Shown here piece after piece: positions 45,695 to 55,247 of a DNA stretch of 56,613 nucleotides; within the stretch, counting starts at the first letter, position 1, and every line of letters starts with the position of its first letter. The stretch spans positions 1 to 56,613 of IMG/VR virus record IMGVR_UViG_3300017769_000011, one strand, 5' to 3'. The position numbers and the translations under genes are program-made. The notes beneath the pieces were generated by a model. The model saw nothing but the letters and a program-made list of their open reading frames with translations, made no database searches and had not been told where the DNA came from. This DNA is from a virus (Duplodnaviria; Caudoviricetes).

Positions 45695-46425
45695 AGATTG
45701 CGCTTTGTATTTCGGGTCTCTGTGATAATGACGAGAGTGAAAAGTTTGTAGAAAGACACAAGTCTATCTTTCCATATGATACGTTCACGGCTGCTTGGGA
45801 CAGAGATGACCTCACGATGGATGTGGATTATCTGTTTGACGAACCTGTAATAAATTATCATCCAGTTACAGATGTTATTCAACTTGAAACTACTCATACC
45901 AAACTTCGTAGTCAGGGTGTAAAAAAAGAAAATCAAGGCGAGAAGTGGATGGAAATAACAAAACATTGGACTAAACAGATACTCATTCATGATTATCTAC
46001 TCAAGAAGATACCGAGTGATTATGATATGATTATACGAACAAGGTTTGACACGATTGTATCAAAGGAGATTAATTTTGTAGAGTTTATTGAGGGTTCGTA
46101 TTACGAGAATTATGCGATTGGTTTCAATACTAGATATGAGAAAGTCTGGTTGAGACACAATGAGTTATTAGAGTTTGTTCCACACTTCAACGTAGGTCAT
46201 GTGAATGATGCTCTTATCTTGCATCCTAGAAATCTCTGGAACTCACAGTTAGTAGAGACACTACATAATAGTAAAGAACTTCAGGCGGCTGAAACAGGAT
46301 GGTGGCAAATCCTGTCAGAACCCTATGGAGATAATCATCAAAATTTTCATGGTGGAGTTTATATAGATAAACACAAAGGTAATGTATTAGATGTTGACGA
46401 AAAGTTTCATAATTACTTTAATTAA
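45691..46425 (+). CDS. Putative glycosyltransferase-like protein (paralog set A)
   Basis: MKIAL.ISG, YHP, KQ, YDMIIRTRFD, AETGWWQILSEP. Confidence 0.6.
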   Translation: MKIALCISGLCDNDESEKFVERHKSIFPYDTFTAAWDRDDLTMDVDYLFDEPVINYHPVTDVIQLETTHTKLRSQGVKKENQGEKWMEITKHWTKQILIHDYLLKKIPSDYDMIIRTRFDTIVSKEINFVEFIEGSYYENYAIGFNTRYEKVWLRHNELLEFVPHFNVGHVNDALILHPRNLWNSQLVETLHNSKELQAAETGWWQILSEPYGDNHQNFHGGVYIDKHKGNVLDVDEKFHNYFN

Positions 46426-47107
46426 TAATCACGATGCTACAATTGCGGCTAGAAATTTAGTTAATTCAATCAAACAAAGTAAATCAGAACTTGACCCGAT
46501 TGTATTTCCTGCTACGACACCCGACACTGTTGACGAGAGTCTGAAGATACTTGGTATGGAGAACATTCAGTATACATATCCAATCGAACCAGAGCAAGAT
46601 GGACTTGACCTCAAATCAGGTTTGTTTCTTCAACACTATCCAACGGCCAATATCAAGAATCGTATCGCATGTATGGTATCTCACATGAGACTTTGGAAAG
46701 AGTGTATTGACCGAGATGAACCGATTGTCATATTAGAACACGATGCACTTTTTACAAGACAATTTAAGATTTCTGACTTGACAAAAGATTTCAAAGGTGG
46801 TATACTAGGACTTAATGACCCTCGTGGTGCAACTCGTAAATCTGCTGAGTTTCACTCAAAGGTCAGTTCGTATAAGGGATTACAATCTGTTCCTGACCTT
46901 GGTGACAACTATCCTCAAGGTCTTGCAGGAAACTCTGCATATTTGATTACACCTCATGCCGCAAAAAAACTGATGCGTAAGGTGAAAGAAATAGGAATGT
47001 GGCCCAATGATGCGATTATGAATAGACAGTTCTTCCCTTGGATGCAAGTTGTCTATCCATACTATACAACGATACAGAGGGGGTTGAAATCAACCACAAC
47101 ACAATGA
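46391..47107 (+). CDS. GT25 glycosyltransferase
   Basis: ATTP, C..SH..LW..C, ILEHDA, G.SAY.I.P.AA..L, PND. Confidence 0.8.
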   Translation: MLTKSFIITLINNHDATIAARNLVNSIKQSKSELDPIVFPATTPDTVDESLKILGMENIQYTYPIEPEQDGLDLKSGLFLQHYPTANIKNRIACMVSHMRLWKECIDRDEPIVILEHDALFTRQFKISDLTKDFKGGILGLNDPRGATRKSAEFHSKVSSYKGLQSVPDLGDNYPQGLAGNSAYLITPHAAKKLMRKVKEIGMWPNDAIMNRQFFPWMQVVYPYYTTIQRGLKSTTTQ

Positions 47108-47754
47108 AAGCATTTGTCATAACGATAGGTCACAATACTAAGTCTCTTGAGGTTGCAGAACGTTGCATTGCGTCAGGTAAAAAGCATGGTATTGATATAA
47201 AAATGTTTAGTGCGATTACACCAGAGAATGACCCTTTGATGTTGGCTGAGACAGAGAGCATATCACCGATGGGATTCGAGGAAAAGTATTCTCGCAATCT
47301 AAATTGTATATCTGCATTTCTTTCTCACTATAATATTTGGAAATGGTCTGCAATGAATAATGAACAGGTCGTGATATTTGAACACGATGCTGTTGTGTTT
47401 GATAAGATACCGACTCATGCAAACTATCTGCACGTCATGAACATTGGAAAACCTTCCTATGGAAAGTTCAAAATTCCGACACAACTAGGTGTCAATCCTT
47501 TGACAACCAAAGAGTATTTTCCAGGCGCACATGCATATATGGTAAAACCTTCAGGTGCAAATCTTCTGATGAATCAAGCACAGAAGTTTGGAAGACCGAC
47601 AGATATTTTTCTAAACAAATCAACCTTTCCGTGGTTACAAGAATACTATCCATTTGTTGCTGAGGCCAGAGATAGTTTTACCACAATACAAAACGAAACT
47701 GGTTGTGTTGCAAAACACAACTATGGTGATGACTATGAGGTAATCGATGCGTGA
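47104..47754 (+). CDS. GT25 glycosyltransferase
   Basis: AITP, SH..IW, FEHDA, GAHAY...P.GA, PTD, TTIQ. Confidence 0.8.
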   Translation: MKAFVITIGHNTKSLEVAERCIASGKKHGIDIKMFSAITPENDPLMLAETESISPMGFEEKYSRNLNCISAFLSHYNIWKWSAMNNEQVVIFEHDAVVFDKIPTHANYLHVMNIGKPSYGKFKIPTQLGVNPLTTKEYFPGAHAYMVKPSGANLLMNQAQKFGRPTDIFLNKSTFPWLQEYYPFVAEARDSFTTIQNETGCVAKHNYGDDYEVIDA

Positions 47755-48388
47755 GATTTTTATTACAGGGTGTGATAGTAACACAGAGTGGCAACTTTCT
47801 TGGTTTATTCGTAACTTTCAAAAACACAATCCCAATGCAGAGTTAGTATTCTGTGACTTTGGTGCGAATAACAAACCTGACCTTGAGACAATCAAGATTG
47901 AATCAGATGCAAAAGGATGGTTCAAAAAACCTCGTGCTTTACTTGATGCGTCTCGTTTACCAAATGTAGGTAAGGTATGTTGGATAGACACAGATTGTGA
48001 AGTAACTGCAAACATAGAAGAGATATTTGACCTATCAGAAAAGAATATGTTAGGAATGGTCGAGGATAGGCCGTGGTCTAGTCGTAGAAACGAATATGGT
48101 AAATGGTATAACTCTGGTGTTGTTTTGATTGAGGAAACACCACATATTCTAGGTGAGTGGGCAAGAGAGTGTGTCTCTAATCCTGTTCAGGGTGACCAAG
48201 AGGTATTGCATGGTATGATGGGTGGAGATGAGATAACAAAACTGATGTATATCAATCGTCTACCTCACACATACAACACTCTACGATTAGACTTTTTGGA
48301 TGAGATTGCTGTGAAGAATCCTAAGATTATTCATCACACAGGTCGTAAGGGTAATGACGAAATAAGAAAGCAAATAAGTGAAGTATAA
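47747..48388 (+). CDS. GT-A glycosyltransferase (GT8/GT77-like)
   Basis: WF.KP, WIDTD, YNSGV, GDQE.L, YN, IIH.TG. Confidence 0.8.
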   Translation: MREIFITGCDSNTEWQLSWFIRNFQKHNPNAELVFCDFGANNKPDLETIKIESDAKGWFKKPRALLDASRLPNVGKVCWIDTDCEVTANIEEIFDLSEKNMLGMVEDRPWSSRRNEYGKWYNSGVVLIEETPHILGEWARECVSNPVQGDQEVLHGMMGGDEITKLMYINRLPHTYNTLRLDFLDEIAVKNPKIIHHTGRKGNDEIRKQISEV

Positions 48389-49052
48389 AATATTACAACA
48401 TTGGACAGGTGAACTGAGAGAACTCGAAGAACTCAGCCGAGACACATTCCAAGAATATGCTGATTGGTGTGGTGCTGACTATGAGTTGGTGTTAGGTAAT
48501 CAGGTGTCTGACCAACTTGCTCCTCAATCACAAAAGATGATTGCATTAGATGAAAGATATGATGACTATGATGTTGTGGTGATGGTTGACCTTGATATGT
48601 TCATTCGTAAGGACATGAATACCAACATCTTCACACAGGAAACAGGTATTGGACGACACTTTGGTATTCAGAAGAAACTGGTAAGAAAACTCAAGGCGCA
48701 ACATCCACTTCTCGGTGACACCAACTATCCATATTGGGGTGGGTCGTGTTATCGATTAGAGAGATGCGTCAGAAGAAAACTGAGACGACACTTCAATCTT
48801 ATTGAGGCCATTCAGTTCAATAAAACTTTTCACGATGAGGGTATCATGCATCGTCTTGCAGTTCTCGCAGGAATGCCTATTGAAACGAATACATACTTTG
48901 AGGATGACCGATGGAACAAGGGTAGTAGTGAAGATGGTTTGGAGAAAGCAAACTTTATTCACATTCGACCTCGTATCAGAATCGATTCCAATGAGGAACG
49001 ACCAAAAATTGAAACATATAGAATATTGAAAGAGAAAGAGATTATTTCATGA
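48378..49052 (+). CDS. GT-A glycosyltransferase-like protein
   Basis: YA...GADY, K, YD....VDLD, DEG, WN, FIH. Confidence 0.65.
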   Translation: MKYKILQHWTGELRELEELSRDTFQEYADWCGADYELVLGNQVSDQLAPQSQKMIALDERYDDYDVVVMVDLDMFIRKDMNTNIFTQETGIGRHFGIQKKLVRKLKAQHPLLGDTNYPYWGGSCYRLERCVRRKLRRHFNLIEAIQFNKTFHDEGIMHRLAVLAGMPIETNTYFEDDRWNKGSSEDGLEKANFIHIRPRIRIDSNEERPKIETYRILKEKEIIS

Positions 49053-49864
49053 AAAATGTAATTTATCAATATTGGGATGGAAATGTAAAAGAATCTTGTC
49101 TTGCAGGTTCAAGAAATATGAAGTCATATGCAAAAAGGATTGGAACAGACTATATCTTCGAAGATAATCCACAATTCTTGAAGTCTCGTTTTGGTCTTGA
49201 CTTTGGAAGTTATAGTCCTCACTATGGTGCATTCAAACCAATCTATGACGAATCTTTTTGGGAATATGATAATGTCTTATTCACTGATACAGATGTATTC
49301 ACGACTGATGGTTTGACTGAAAACATCTTTGATAGTTTTGATGCAGACATTGGTATCTGCACAGAACCATCTCAACCTAAACGAAGACAAATCACATTGG
49401 GTAAAATCACAACAGAGGCCGATGAGAAATGGGCATCTGTTGTAGAAAAAGAATATGGTATTCAAGTTCCTCGAACCGATGAGGGACTGATGAAGGTATA
49501 TAATACTGGTATGGTCTTGTATTCAAAAGAAGGATTACAAAAAGCAAGAGAACGATTTGTGCCGTTTCAGGATTATGTCAATCTGATAAGACCTCATGGA
49601 CTTCCGAGTTTCTACAATTGCGACCAACCATATTTACATGCGATGATGTTGGCATGTGATATGAACTGGATTGAGATGGACAATAATTGGAATAGTTATG
49701 TTTTCACAACAAGAGACAAAAAACATGATGGTAGATATAATGTAGATGAGAGAACACCTGATACAAAATTTGTCCATGTTCAACTGAGAGGCGCAGATGA
49801 TTGGGGTGAAAGAGAACACTGGAATGTCGTAAATCTACCAAGAGGTCAATGGGGAGTAGAATGA
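49049..49864 (+). CDS. GT-A glycosyltransferase (GT8/GT34-like)
   Basis: YA..IG.DY, FTDTD, YNTG, DQ.YL, WN, FVH. Confidence 0.75.
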   Translation: MKNVIYQYWDGNVKESCLAGSRNMKSYAKRIGTDYIFEDNPQFLKSRFGLDFGSYSPHYGAFKPIYDESFWEYDNVLFTDTDVFTTDGLTENIFDSFDADIGICTEPSQPKRRQITLGKITTEADEKWASVVEKEYGIQVPRTDEGLMKVYNTGMVLYSKEGLQKARERFVPFQDYVNLIRPHGLPSFYNCDQPYLHAMMLACDMNWIEMDNNWNSYVFTTRDKKHDGRYNVDERTPDTKFVHVQLRGADDWGEREHWNVVNLPRGQWGVE

Positions 49865-50397
49865 GGTCTAAGATTATAGGTATTGGATTGTCTCGAACAG
49901 GAACACAATCTCTTACTGATGTTTTAGTTGATGCAGGATTGAATATCATACACTATCCAAACGAGCAAGAAATATACTCAATGGGTAATGATGGTTTTAC
50001 TGATGTTCAGGGTGCAGCCCGTTATCGAGAGTTGGACATGAGATTTCCCAACTCAAAGTTCATCTATACCATACGAGATAAAAAGACTTGGTTAGAATCA
50101 TGTCAGGTTTATTTTACAAAGAAGAGTTCTCAGTATTTGTCTGATAGAGCAAGCACATATCGAAAAGCATTGTATGGAACTGTGGTGTGGGACAAAGAAT
50201 ACTTCGACCATGCATATGATGAACACGATAAAGGTATAAAAGAATATTTTGCAAAGAGACCCAAAGACCTACTCACACTTGATTTGTTCAATGGTGACAA
50301 ACCAGATAAACTTTTTGAGTTTCTAGATTTACCGAATCCACCTGATGAGTTCCCACATGCTAATAAACTTGCAGATAAGGATTGGGCAAGAGAATGA
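49861..50397 (+). CDS. Sulfotransferase (Sulfotransfer_4-like)
   Basis: GIGLSRTGTQSL, FPNSKFI.T.RD...W..S, L.EFL, FPH.N. Confidence 0.85.
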   Translation: MRSKIIGIGLSRTGTQSLTDVLVDAGLNIIHYPNEQEIYSMGNDGFTDVQGAARYRELDMRFPNSKFIYTIRDKKTWLESCQVYFTKKSSQYLSDRASTYRKALYGTVVWDKEYFDHAYDEHDKGIKEYFAKRPKDLLTLDLFNGDKPDKLFEFLDLPNPPDEFPHANKLADKDWARE

Positions 50398-51167
50398 TAC
50401 ATTTTGCAATTCGTTCTAAGAGTATGAGAAGTGGAGACCGACCATTTACAACGCCCGGCCTTGGTGATAGAGTTCATAGTGCGTTACTTGCGTATCTCTA
50501 TGGAAAGAAAAACAACGATAAGGTAACAATACACATTACCAGAGATAAGTTTGATAAACCTCATAAGAAACAATCTTGGCCTGAGATACTTAATTTGTTT
50601 GGAGACACACTATCCTTAGAGGTTCATGATTGCGAAAACCTTTATGAACACAAGTGGATTGCATATCTCAACGAGAAGGGATATGATGCGATTACATACT
50701 ATTACAAAGATACGATGGACATGCATCCCAATGACCCACCGATACCTCAACGTTGTGAAATGGTTGACATTAGTGAGTATCTGAACGATTACGAACGATT
50801 GAGTTATTATGGAGATGCAAAACTTCTTCTACCCGAAAAGTTTGTCACTGCTCAATTTGAGGGTGGAAACGATAGAGTTCTCAATCAGGATAAGGTTGTT
50901 CAAATACTCAACGAATATAGAATGCAAGGTCTTGAGGTTATTCATATCGGAAAAAATGCAGAGCATCCAGACCTCAAAGAGATACCATACATTGCGTATG
51001 CGATGTCAAAGGCAAAGTATCATGTAGGTATTGACTCTGGAATGTTACATATTGCTGCACTATATAAACAGAACGAGGATATTCATTTATATCATAATGG
51101 AAGATTTAGAAGTCATCATTTTGTGAGAGGTGTGAGAAACGGAATGAAAGTGAATATGTATGTCTAG
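50394..51167 (+). CDS. GT-B glycosyltransferase (GT9-like)
   Basis: GLGDR; VGIDSGMLHIA. Confidence 0.7.
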   Translation: MIHFAIRSKSMRSGDRPFTTPGLGDRVHSALLAYLYGKKNNDKVTIHITRDKFDKPHKKQSWPEILNLFGDTLSLEVHDCENLYEHKWIAYLNEKGYDAITYYYKDTMDMHPNDPPIPQRCEMVDISEYLNDYERLSYYGDAKLLLPEKFVTAQFEGGNDRVLNQDKVVQILNEYRMQGLEVIHIGKNAEHPDLKEIPYIAYAMSKAKYHVGIDSGMLHIAALYKQNEDIHLYHNGRFRSHHFVRGVRNGMKVNMYV

Positions 51168-51801
51168 AGTAAATGTTTTAGGAAATGGGCCGAGTAGTGG
51201 CACAGTGTTCAAACGAGGGACGCCAGGCAAACTTCTGATTTGTAATATGCCACCTTTTGAAATTCCTAGAAGAGAGGTTCATGCGACTTGTATGGTGGAC
51301 TTCAAGATGATGAAGGCACTTCAAGAAGGTCATATTCAACTTGATATGTATGATTGGGTTCTAGGTAATCGTCCAAAAATTTGGATGGAACAAAGCGGAA
51401 CATTCTATATGAAATACTCACATCTCATCAAGGGGTTTCATTTAGATATTCCACAGTATGCTGTCAACCTTGCAGGTGGTAATGGTGGTCAGGCTGCAAC
51501 AGACTGGAGTTGTGGTCACATGGCAGTTCACTATGCATGTCGAAGAATGAAAGCAGAAGAAGTTCACATCTATGGATTTGATTCTATATTTGATTTAGAC
51601 TTAACAAGTTTCACTGACCTGATTTTAGAATCAGACAGAGGGACACTCAATACTCATCGTTTGGCAAACAACTGGAGACCTCTGTGGCCCGAGTTGTTCA
51701 AAGAGTTTCCAACCACAACTTTTCATTTGTATCACATTCATGATAATATAAAGATACCAACAACTGATAATGTAAAAATACATGTGATTCGAAAAAAGTA
51801 A
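51160..51801 (+). CDS. GT29/GT42/DUF115-like (sialyltransferase/Maf-type fold) protein
   Basis: VLGNGPS, ICN, S.G..A...A, EVHIYGFD. Confidence 0.6.
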   Translation: MSRVNVLGNGPSSGTVFKRGTPGKLLICNMPPFEIPRREVHATCMVDFKMMKALQEGHIQLDMYDWVLGNRPKIWMEQSGTFYMKYSHLIKGFHLDIPQYAVNLAGGNGGQAATDWSCGHMAVHYACRRMKAEEVHIYGFDSIFDLDLTSFTDLILESDRGTLNTHRLANNWRPLWPELFKEFPTTTFHLYHIHDNIKIPTTDNVKIHVIRKK

Positions 51802-51830
51802 TTGACTTATAGGTTGATTGATGATATAAT
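51802..51830 (+). promoter_or_regulatory. sigma70-type promoter
   Basis: TTGACT-N17-TATAAT with extended TG. Confidence 0.7.
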
Positions 51831-51856
51831 AGATGTATTATTAACAGGAGCATATT

Positions 51857-52018
51857 ATGGATGTAGATTTCAATTACCAAGTTCTTCGCATGAACGAAGG
51901 ATTCACTTTTAGTCAACTCTCTGAGACTGATATTAAATACTATAAAAAGACCATGTGTGAAGAAGGTCAGAAGTTAGCCATCGTTGAGAACATGGAGTTT
52001 GTCTATGTCGAAGAATGA
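51857..52018 (+). CDS. Small hypothetical protein (53 aa; not in ORF track)
   Basis: MDVDFNYQVLRMNEG...; CAGGAG RBS. Confidence 0.55.
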   Translation: MDVDFNYQVLRMNEGFTFSQLSETDIKYYKKTMCEEGQKLAIVENMEFVYVEE

Positions 52019-52181
52019 CAGACCTCGTTCGGTTCTTGCACCTAACGACATACCATATATTAGAAAGGCTGTAGAGATATATCTTTATAATTACAAGGAT
52101 AGTCTAAGTGAAGAGGATGTAAGAAATCTATCTAATCTAAAACATCGACTTGGAAGGATTGAAAACGATGGCAAAGCGTGA
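52005..52181 (+). CDS. Small hypothetical protein
   Basis: MSKNDRP...L.NL.HRLGRI; GGAG RBS. Confidence 0.55.
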   Translation: MSKNDRPRSVLAPNDIPYIRKAVEIYLYNYKDSLSEEDVRNLSNLKHRLGRIENDGKA

Positions 52182-52389
52182 AGGATACTATGACTCTGTA
52201 TTGAGAACATATAAAGAAGATAGACAGAAGTATGAAGAAAGAAAAAAAGAAATCGATGACAAAAACTTTCAGATTCGAAATCTAAAAAGTCGAGTCACGG
52301 CACTTGAAGATGCTGTAGCGAAACTTGAGGAAAAATCAGAAATGTGGATTGACTCTGACGAGGATATCTCTATGTTTGGTGAAGTGTAA
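52168..52389 (+). CDS. Small coiled-coil protein
   Basis: MAKREGYYD...; heptad pattern. Confidence 0.55.
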   Translation: MAKREGYYDSVLRTYKEDRQKYEERKKEIDDKNFQIRNLKSRVTALEDAVAKLEEKSEMWIDSDEDISMFGEV

Positions 52390-52467
52390 TGGATATTGGT
52401 TGGCACGTTATTGGTTGGTTTTTTGCCTTTGGATTTGTTGCACTCATAATATTAATGAATAGATAAC

Positions 52468-53148
52468 TTAACTTCTTTTCTTCTTCTCACGTTCCTGTTT
52501 AATCCACTTCTTTGCAAGTGCATTGTCAGGTTCTCTATCAATAAACTTTTTAGCATCACGATATGCACGAACAGTTTCTTTTTCGGTATTTTTTATATCC
52601 GTGTTGTCAACTATAGTAAACTTCTTCTTACCAAATATCTGTTGTAGAGTTCCAATATTCTTTTGAACAGTTGTCCAGTATTTTGTAACCTCTTTGTCAC
52701 CCAGAGTTCTATCTCTACCTTTATCTCTATCAATCGCAACTTCGAGAGTGGTATTCACAAGAATCATCATGGTATCATATCCGAGGTCTTGTAATGCTTT
52801 TGCTTGTTTCTTAATCTTGTTGGGGTCTTTACCAGTTCCATCGATAACCAAACCTAAACGACCTGAGATATACATCTCTTGTTTCTTTGCTGTTAATCTT
52901 TTGGAGCGGTCACGAATTGTTTGACCTTCGTCAGAGAAGATTTCATCCGATGTCATCTTCTTGCCAGCCTTTTTCATTGCGGTTTCAAATGCATCGTCAG
53001 AGTTTACGACTTTCATACCCAACGCAGGAAGACCAGTCTTACCTACAATGAATGACTTTCCAGAGCCAGGCCCGCCTGCAAGGAATATCGCCTTGAAGAT
53101 TGCAGGGTCGTCCACACCCTCTTGAATGAAATTTCTAAACTTTAACAT
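52468..53148 (-). CDS. P-loop kinase (Pnk/zeta-toxin/AAA_33-like) with CTS-like leader
   Basis: GGPGSGKS, VNSDD, LVIDGT, R...R.R lid; leader MLKFRNFIQE. Confidence 0.82.
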   Translation of the reverse strand: MLKFRNFIQEGVDDPAIFKAIFLAGGPGSGKSFIVGKTGLPALGMKVVNSDDAFETAMKKAGKKMTSDEIFSDEGQTIRDRSKRLTAKKQEMYISGRLGLVIDGTGKDPNKIKKQAKALQDLGYDTMMILVNTTLEVAIDRDKGRDRTLGDKEVTKYWTTVQKNIGTLQQIFGKKKFTIVDNTDIKNTEKETVRAYRDAKKFIDREPDNALAKKWIKQEREKKKRS

Positions 53149-53942
53149 TAATATACTCTCATTAGATTATTGTGTAGTTTATCAAATCTTTGATACACAT
53201 TAGACTTTCGAGCCATGTCTTCGGTTTCGACCACAGTTTTTAAATTAGATAACAACTTATATTTATCATTTATCTCATCTCCAACAATTCTTTCGTTGTC
53301 ATCAAGATAAAAATCTATCAGATGAAAATCTCCATTAGTAAATTGAACAAAGTCATTCTTTAGGTCATTGATATTGAAAACACCATTTGAATAGTTATGT
53401 ATACCTGTAAGTTGAATTAAGTCGTAGTTAGGATTATCGATTGTAAAAGTTACATCCTCATCCCCTAATCTATACTGACGACTCATCTCAATCGTGGGTA
53501 TATTATAGTGGTCTATAATTCTTTGAGCAACAACATCTCTATAATTTGTTGGAACACAGACTGTAAAGTTAACATGATAGTTTATAACTTTTGCAAGAAC
53601 GGCTGGCAGGATTCCGACAAGAGTTGCATCTCCATGATAGAAGTTTTGTCCATCAACATTGTAGGTTCTGTAAAAAGACTCTGAGGTGAACTCTGGAATT
53701 ACAAGAACATTTGTTCTCTGTAAAAACGCAGGAATAGATATGAGAGAGGCGGCCGCTATGAGACCATTTAGAAAAAAAGTGGACTTATCAGGGTGAGAGA
53801 AGTTATCATCTATGATATTTGTATCGTCAAATAGATAATATAAATCCTCTGATAAATCTACAAAAAAATCATTTGGTATCAATTGAGATTTGAACTCATT
53901 TTGACTCAGAATGACTGTTGGAACTTTTCTATTTCGAGACAT
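53148..53942 (-). CDS. Hypothetical late protein (paralog of 53942..54712)
   Basis: Shared IN..K..F..F/Y....F.LID.Y motif. Confidence 0.6.
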   Translation of the reverse strand: MSRNRKVPTVILSQNEFKSQLIPNDFFVDLSEDLYYLFDDTNIIDDNFSHPDKSTFFLNGLIAAASLISIPAFLQRTNVLVIPEFTSESFYRTYNVDGQNFYHGDATLVGILPAVLAKVINYHVNFTVCVPTNYRDVVAQRIIDHYNIPTIEMSRQYRLGDEDVTFTIDNPNYDLIQLTGIHNYSNGVFNINDLKNDFVQFTNGDFHLIDFYLDDNERIVGDEINDKYKLLSNLKTVVETEDMARKSNVYQRFDKLHNNLMRVY

Positions 53943-54712
53943 TAGTAAACCTTATAAATCTCGTTTGAACGAACTTGTTCAATTGTTTTTCTAAAATTAT
54001 GATATGGTTTTGTTCTATCAGCCGAGAGAGTCCAATTTAAATCCAACATAATCGAGGACATTCTATTGAAACTGGATTTTGATGATTTACTACGACCTGT
54101 GATTATACGACTGTTTCCTCGATACACGTCAATCAAATCAAATGTATCTGTGCAATATTTAGAAAACTTTTCTTTTACTGCATTGATAGAGTGTTTACCC
54201 TTTGCTTCAGAGCCAAGAATAACCACAGCATCAAACTTAATGTCTGTGTTCAGTTTGAATGGTTGGTCAAGTCGAAATACACTCTCTGAACGAATACCTT
54301 GAATACCATATGCATCATATAGTTTTTGATATACACTATTAGAATTTTTAACCTGAGTGACATATATGTTACCATCTGATTCATTTAACTTATGAATGAT
54401 TGGAAACATATGGTCACCAGAACTTATTGTTGGACTTTCATCTGTGATAAGTCTAGGGTATAATGAGTCCTCAAATGATGTCACAACAAGAATATTCTGA
54501 TATCCATTGACTGATACTACTCCATCAATAATCGAACCATCACTCATGAGAGATGCAATACCATTGAAACCATAATCTCTTTTGGTAATCTCTTTGAGAT
54601 TTTCTCTCATTTTAATAAAAATATCTATCTTAGAAGCAACTGAATAGAAAGACCCAAAGGTAGTTTTAGTGTTTGAGTCATACCCTCGTGGCTGTTGTTT
54701 GACTAGAAACAT
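53942..54712 (-). CDS. Hypothetical late protein (paralog of 53148..53942)
   Basis: Shared IN..K..F..F/Y....F.LID.Y motif. Confidence 0.6.
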   Translation of the reverse strand: MFLVKQQPRGYDSNTKTTFGSFYSVASKIDIFIKMRENLKEITKRDYGFNGIASLMSDGSIIDGVVSVNGYQNILVVTSFEDSLYPRLITDESPTISSGDHMFPIIHKLNESDGNIYVTQVKNSNSVYQKLYDAYGIQGIRSESVFRLDQPFKLNTDIKFDAVVILGSEAKGKHSINAVKEKFSKYCTDTFDLIDVYRGNSRIITGRSKSSKSSFNRMSSIMLDLNWTLSADRTKPYHNFRKTIEQVRSNEIYKVY

Positions 54713-54716
54713 TTAA

Positions 54717-54980
54717 TTATCCTAAGTAAATTGATTGAATGTGGTCTTCGAACTTTTCAATCTTTTCTGTTCGATTAGGCCACTTTATATATTCTTTTTC
54801 TGGATTTGCTTTCAGATTATTCAATAGTGGTTGAATCGCATTATATAGTTTATCGAGTTTATCTTGAGTTTCTTCAACTGTGGAAGATGCACTTGTTGCA
54901 CTCGCAACCGCCGTTTGAACAGCATCAAGTTCGTTCTCATCAACTAAAGTAAACCCAAAATCAAATAAATCGTCTGCCAT
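54717..54980 (-). CDS. Conserved T4-like phage hypothetical protein
   Basis: FDFGFT.VDE.EL...PLL.NL..NPEKEYI.WP.R; late promoter upstream. Confidence 0.7.
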   Translation of the reverse strand: MADDLFDFGFTLVDENELDAVQTAVASATSASSTVEETQDKLDKLYNAIQPLLNNLKANPEKEYIKWPNRTEKIEKFEDHIQSIYLG

Positions 54981-54999
54981 ATTAATCTCCATTTTATTC

Positions 55000-55007
55000 T
55001 ATTTATA
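55000..55007 (-). promoter_or_regulatory. T4-type late promoter
   Basis: TATAAATA on minus strand. Confidence 0.7.
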
Positions 55008-55019
55008 TGAAAAAAAACC

Positions 55020-55047
55020 CTTGACAAACTGTGTTAGATTTGGTAAT
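55020..55047 (+). repeat. Early-promoter repeat, copy 2
   Basis: CTTGACAAACTGTGTTAGATTTGGTAAT; 27/28 identical to 27204..27231. Confidence 0.8.
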
Positions 55048-55078
55048 GTAAAGTATAGTCAAGAGAAAGGAACTTACT

Positions 55079-55240
55079 ATGGACGAATTTGATTTTGATT
55101 ACGGAGAGTGTGATTTCTGTGGTGAAGAGAATGACATCAGTGGTCACTGTATCGATAGTTTTTGTGAGTATTATGCAGGAACTCCTGAACATGATGCTTT
55201 GATTGAAGAATTTGGAGAGGATGCGGTCACTGGCCGGTAA
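55079..55240 (+). CDS. Small acidic Cys-rich early protein (53 aa; not in ORF track)
   Basis: MDEFDFDYGECDFCGEENDISGHCIDSFC...; AAAGGA RBS. Confidence 0.6.
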   Translation: MDEFDFDYGECDFCGEENDISGHCIDSFCEYYAGTPEHDALIEEFGEDAVTGR

Positions 55241-55247
55241 TGATATA

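Noticed and set aside
32917-51801. Bacterial capsule or O-antigen locus (host contamination or prophage flank)
   Set aside because: No export or polymerase genes; it contains T4 late promoters and is continuous with phage genes in style and spacing
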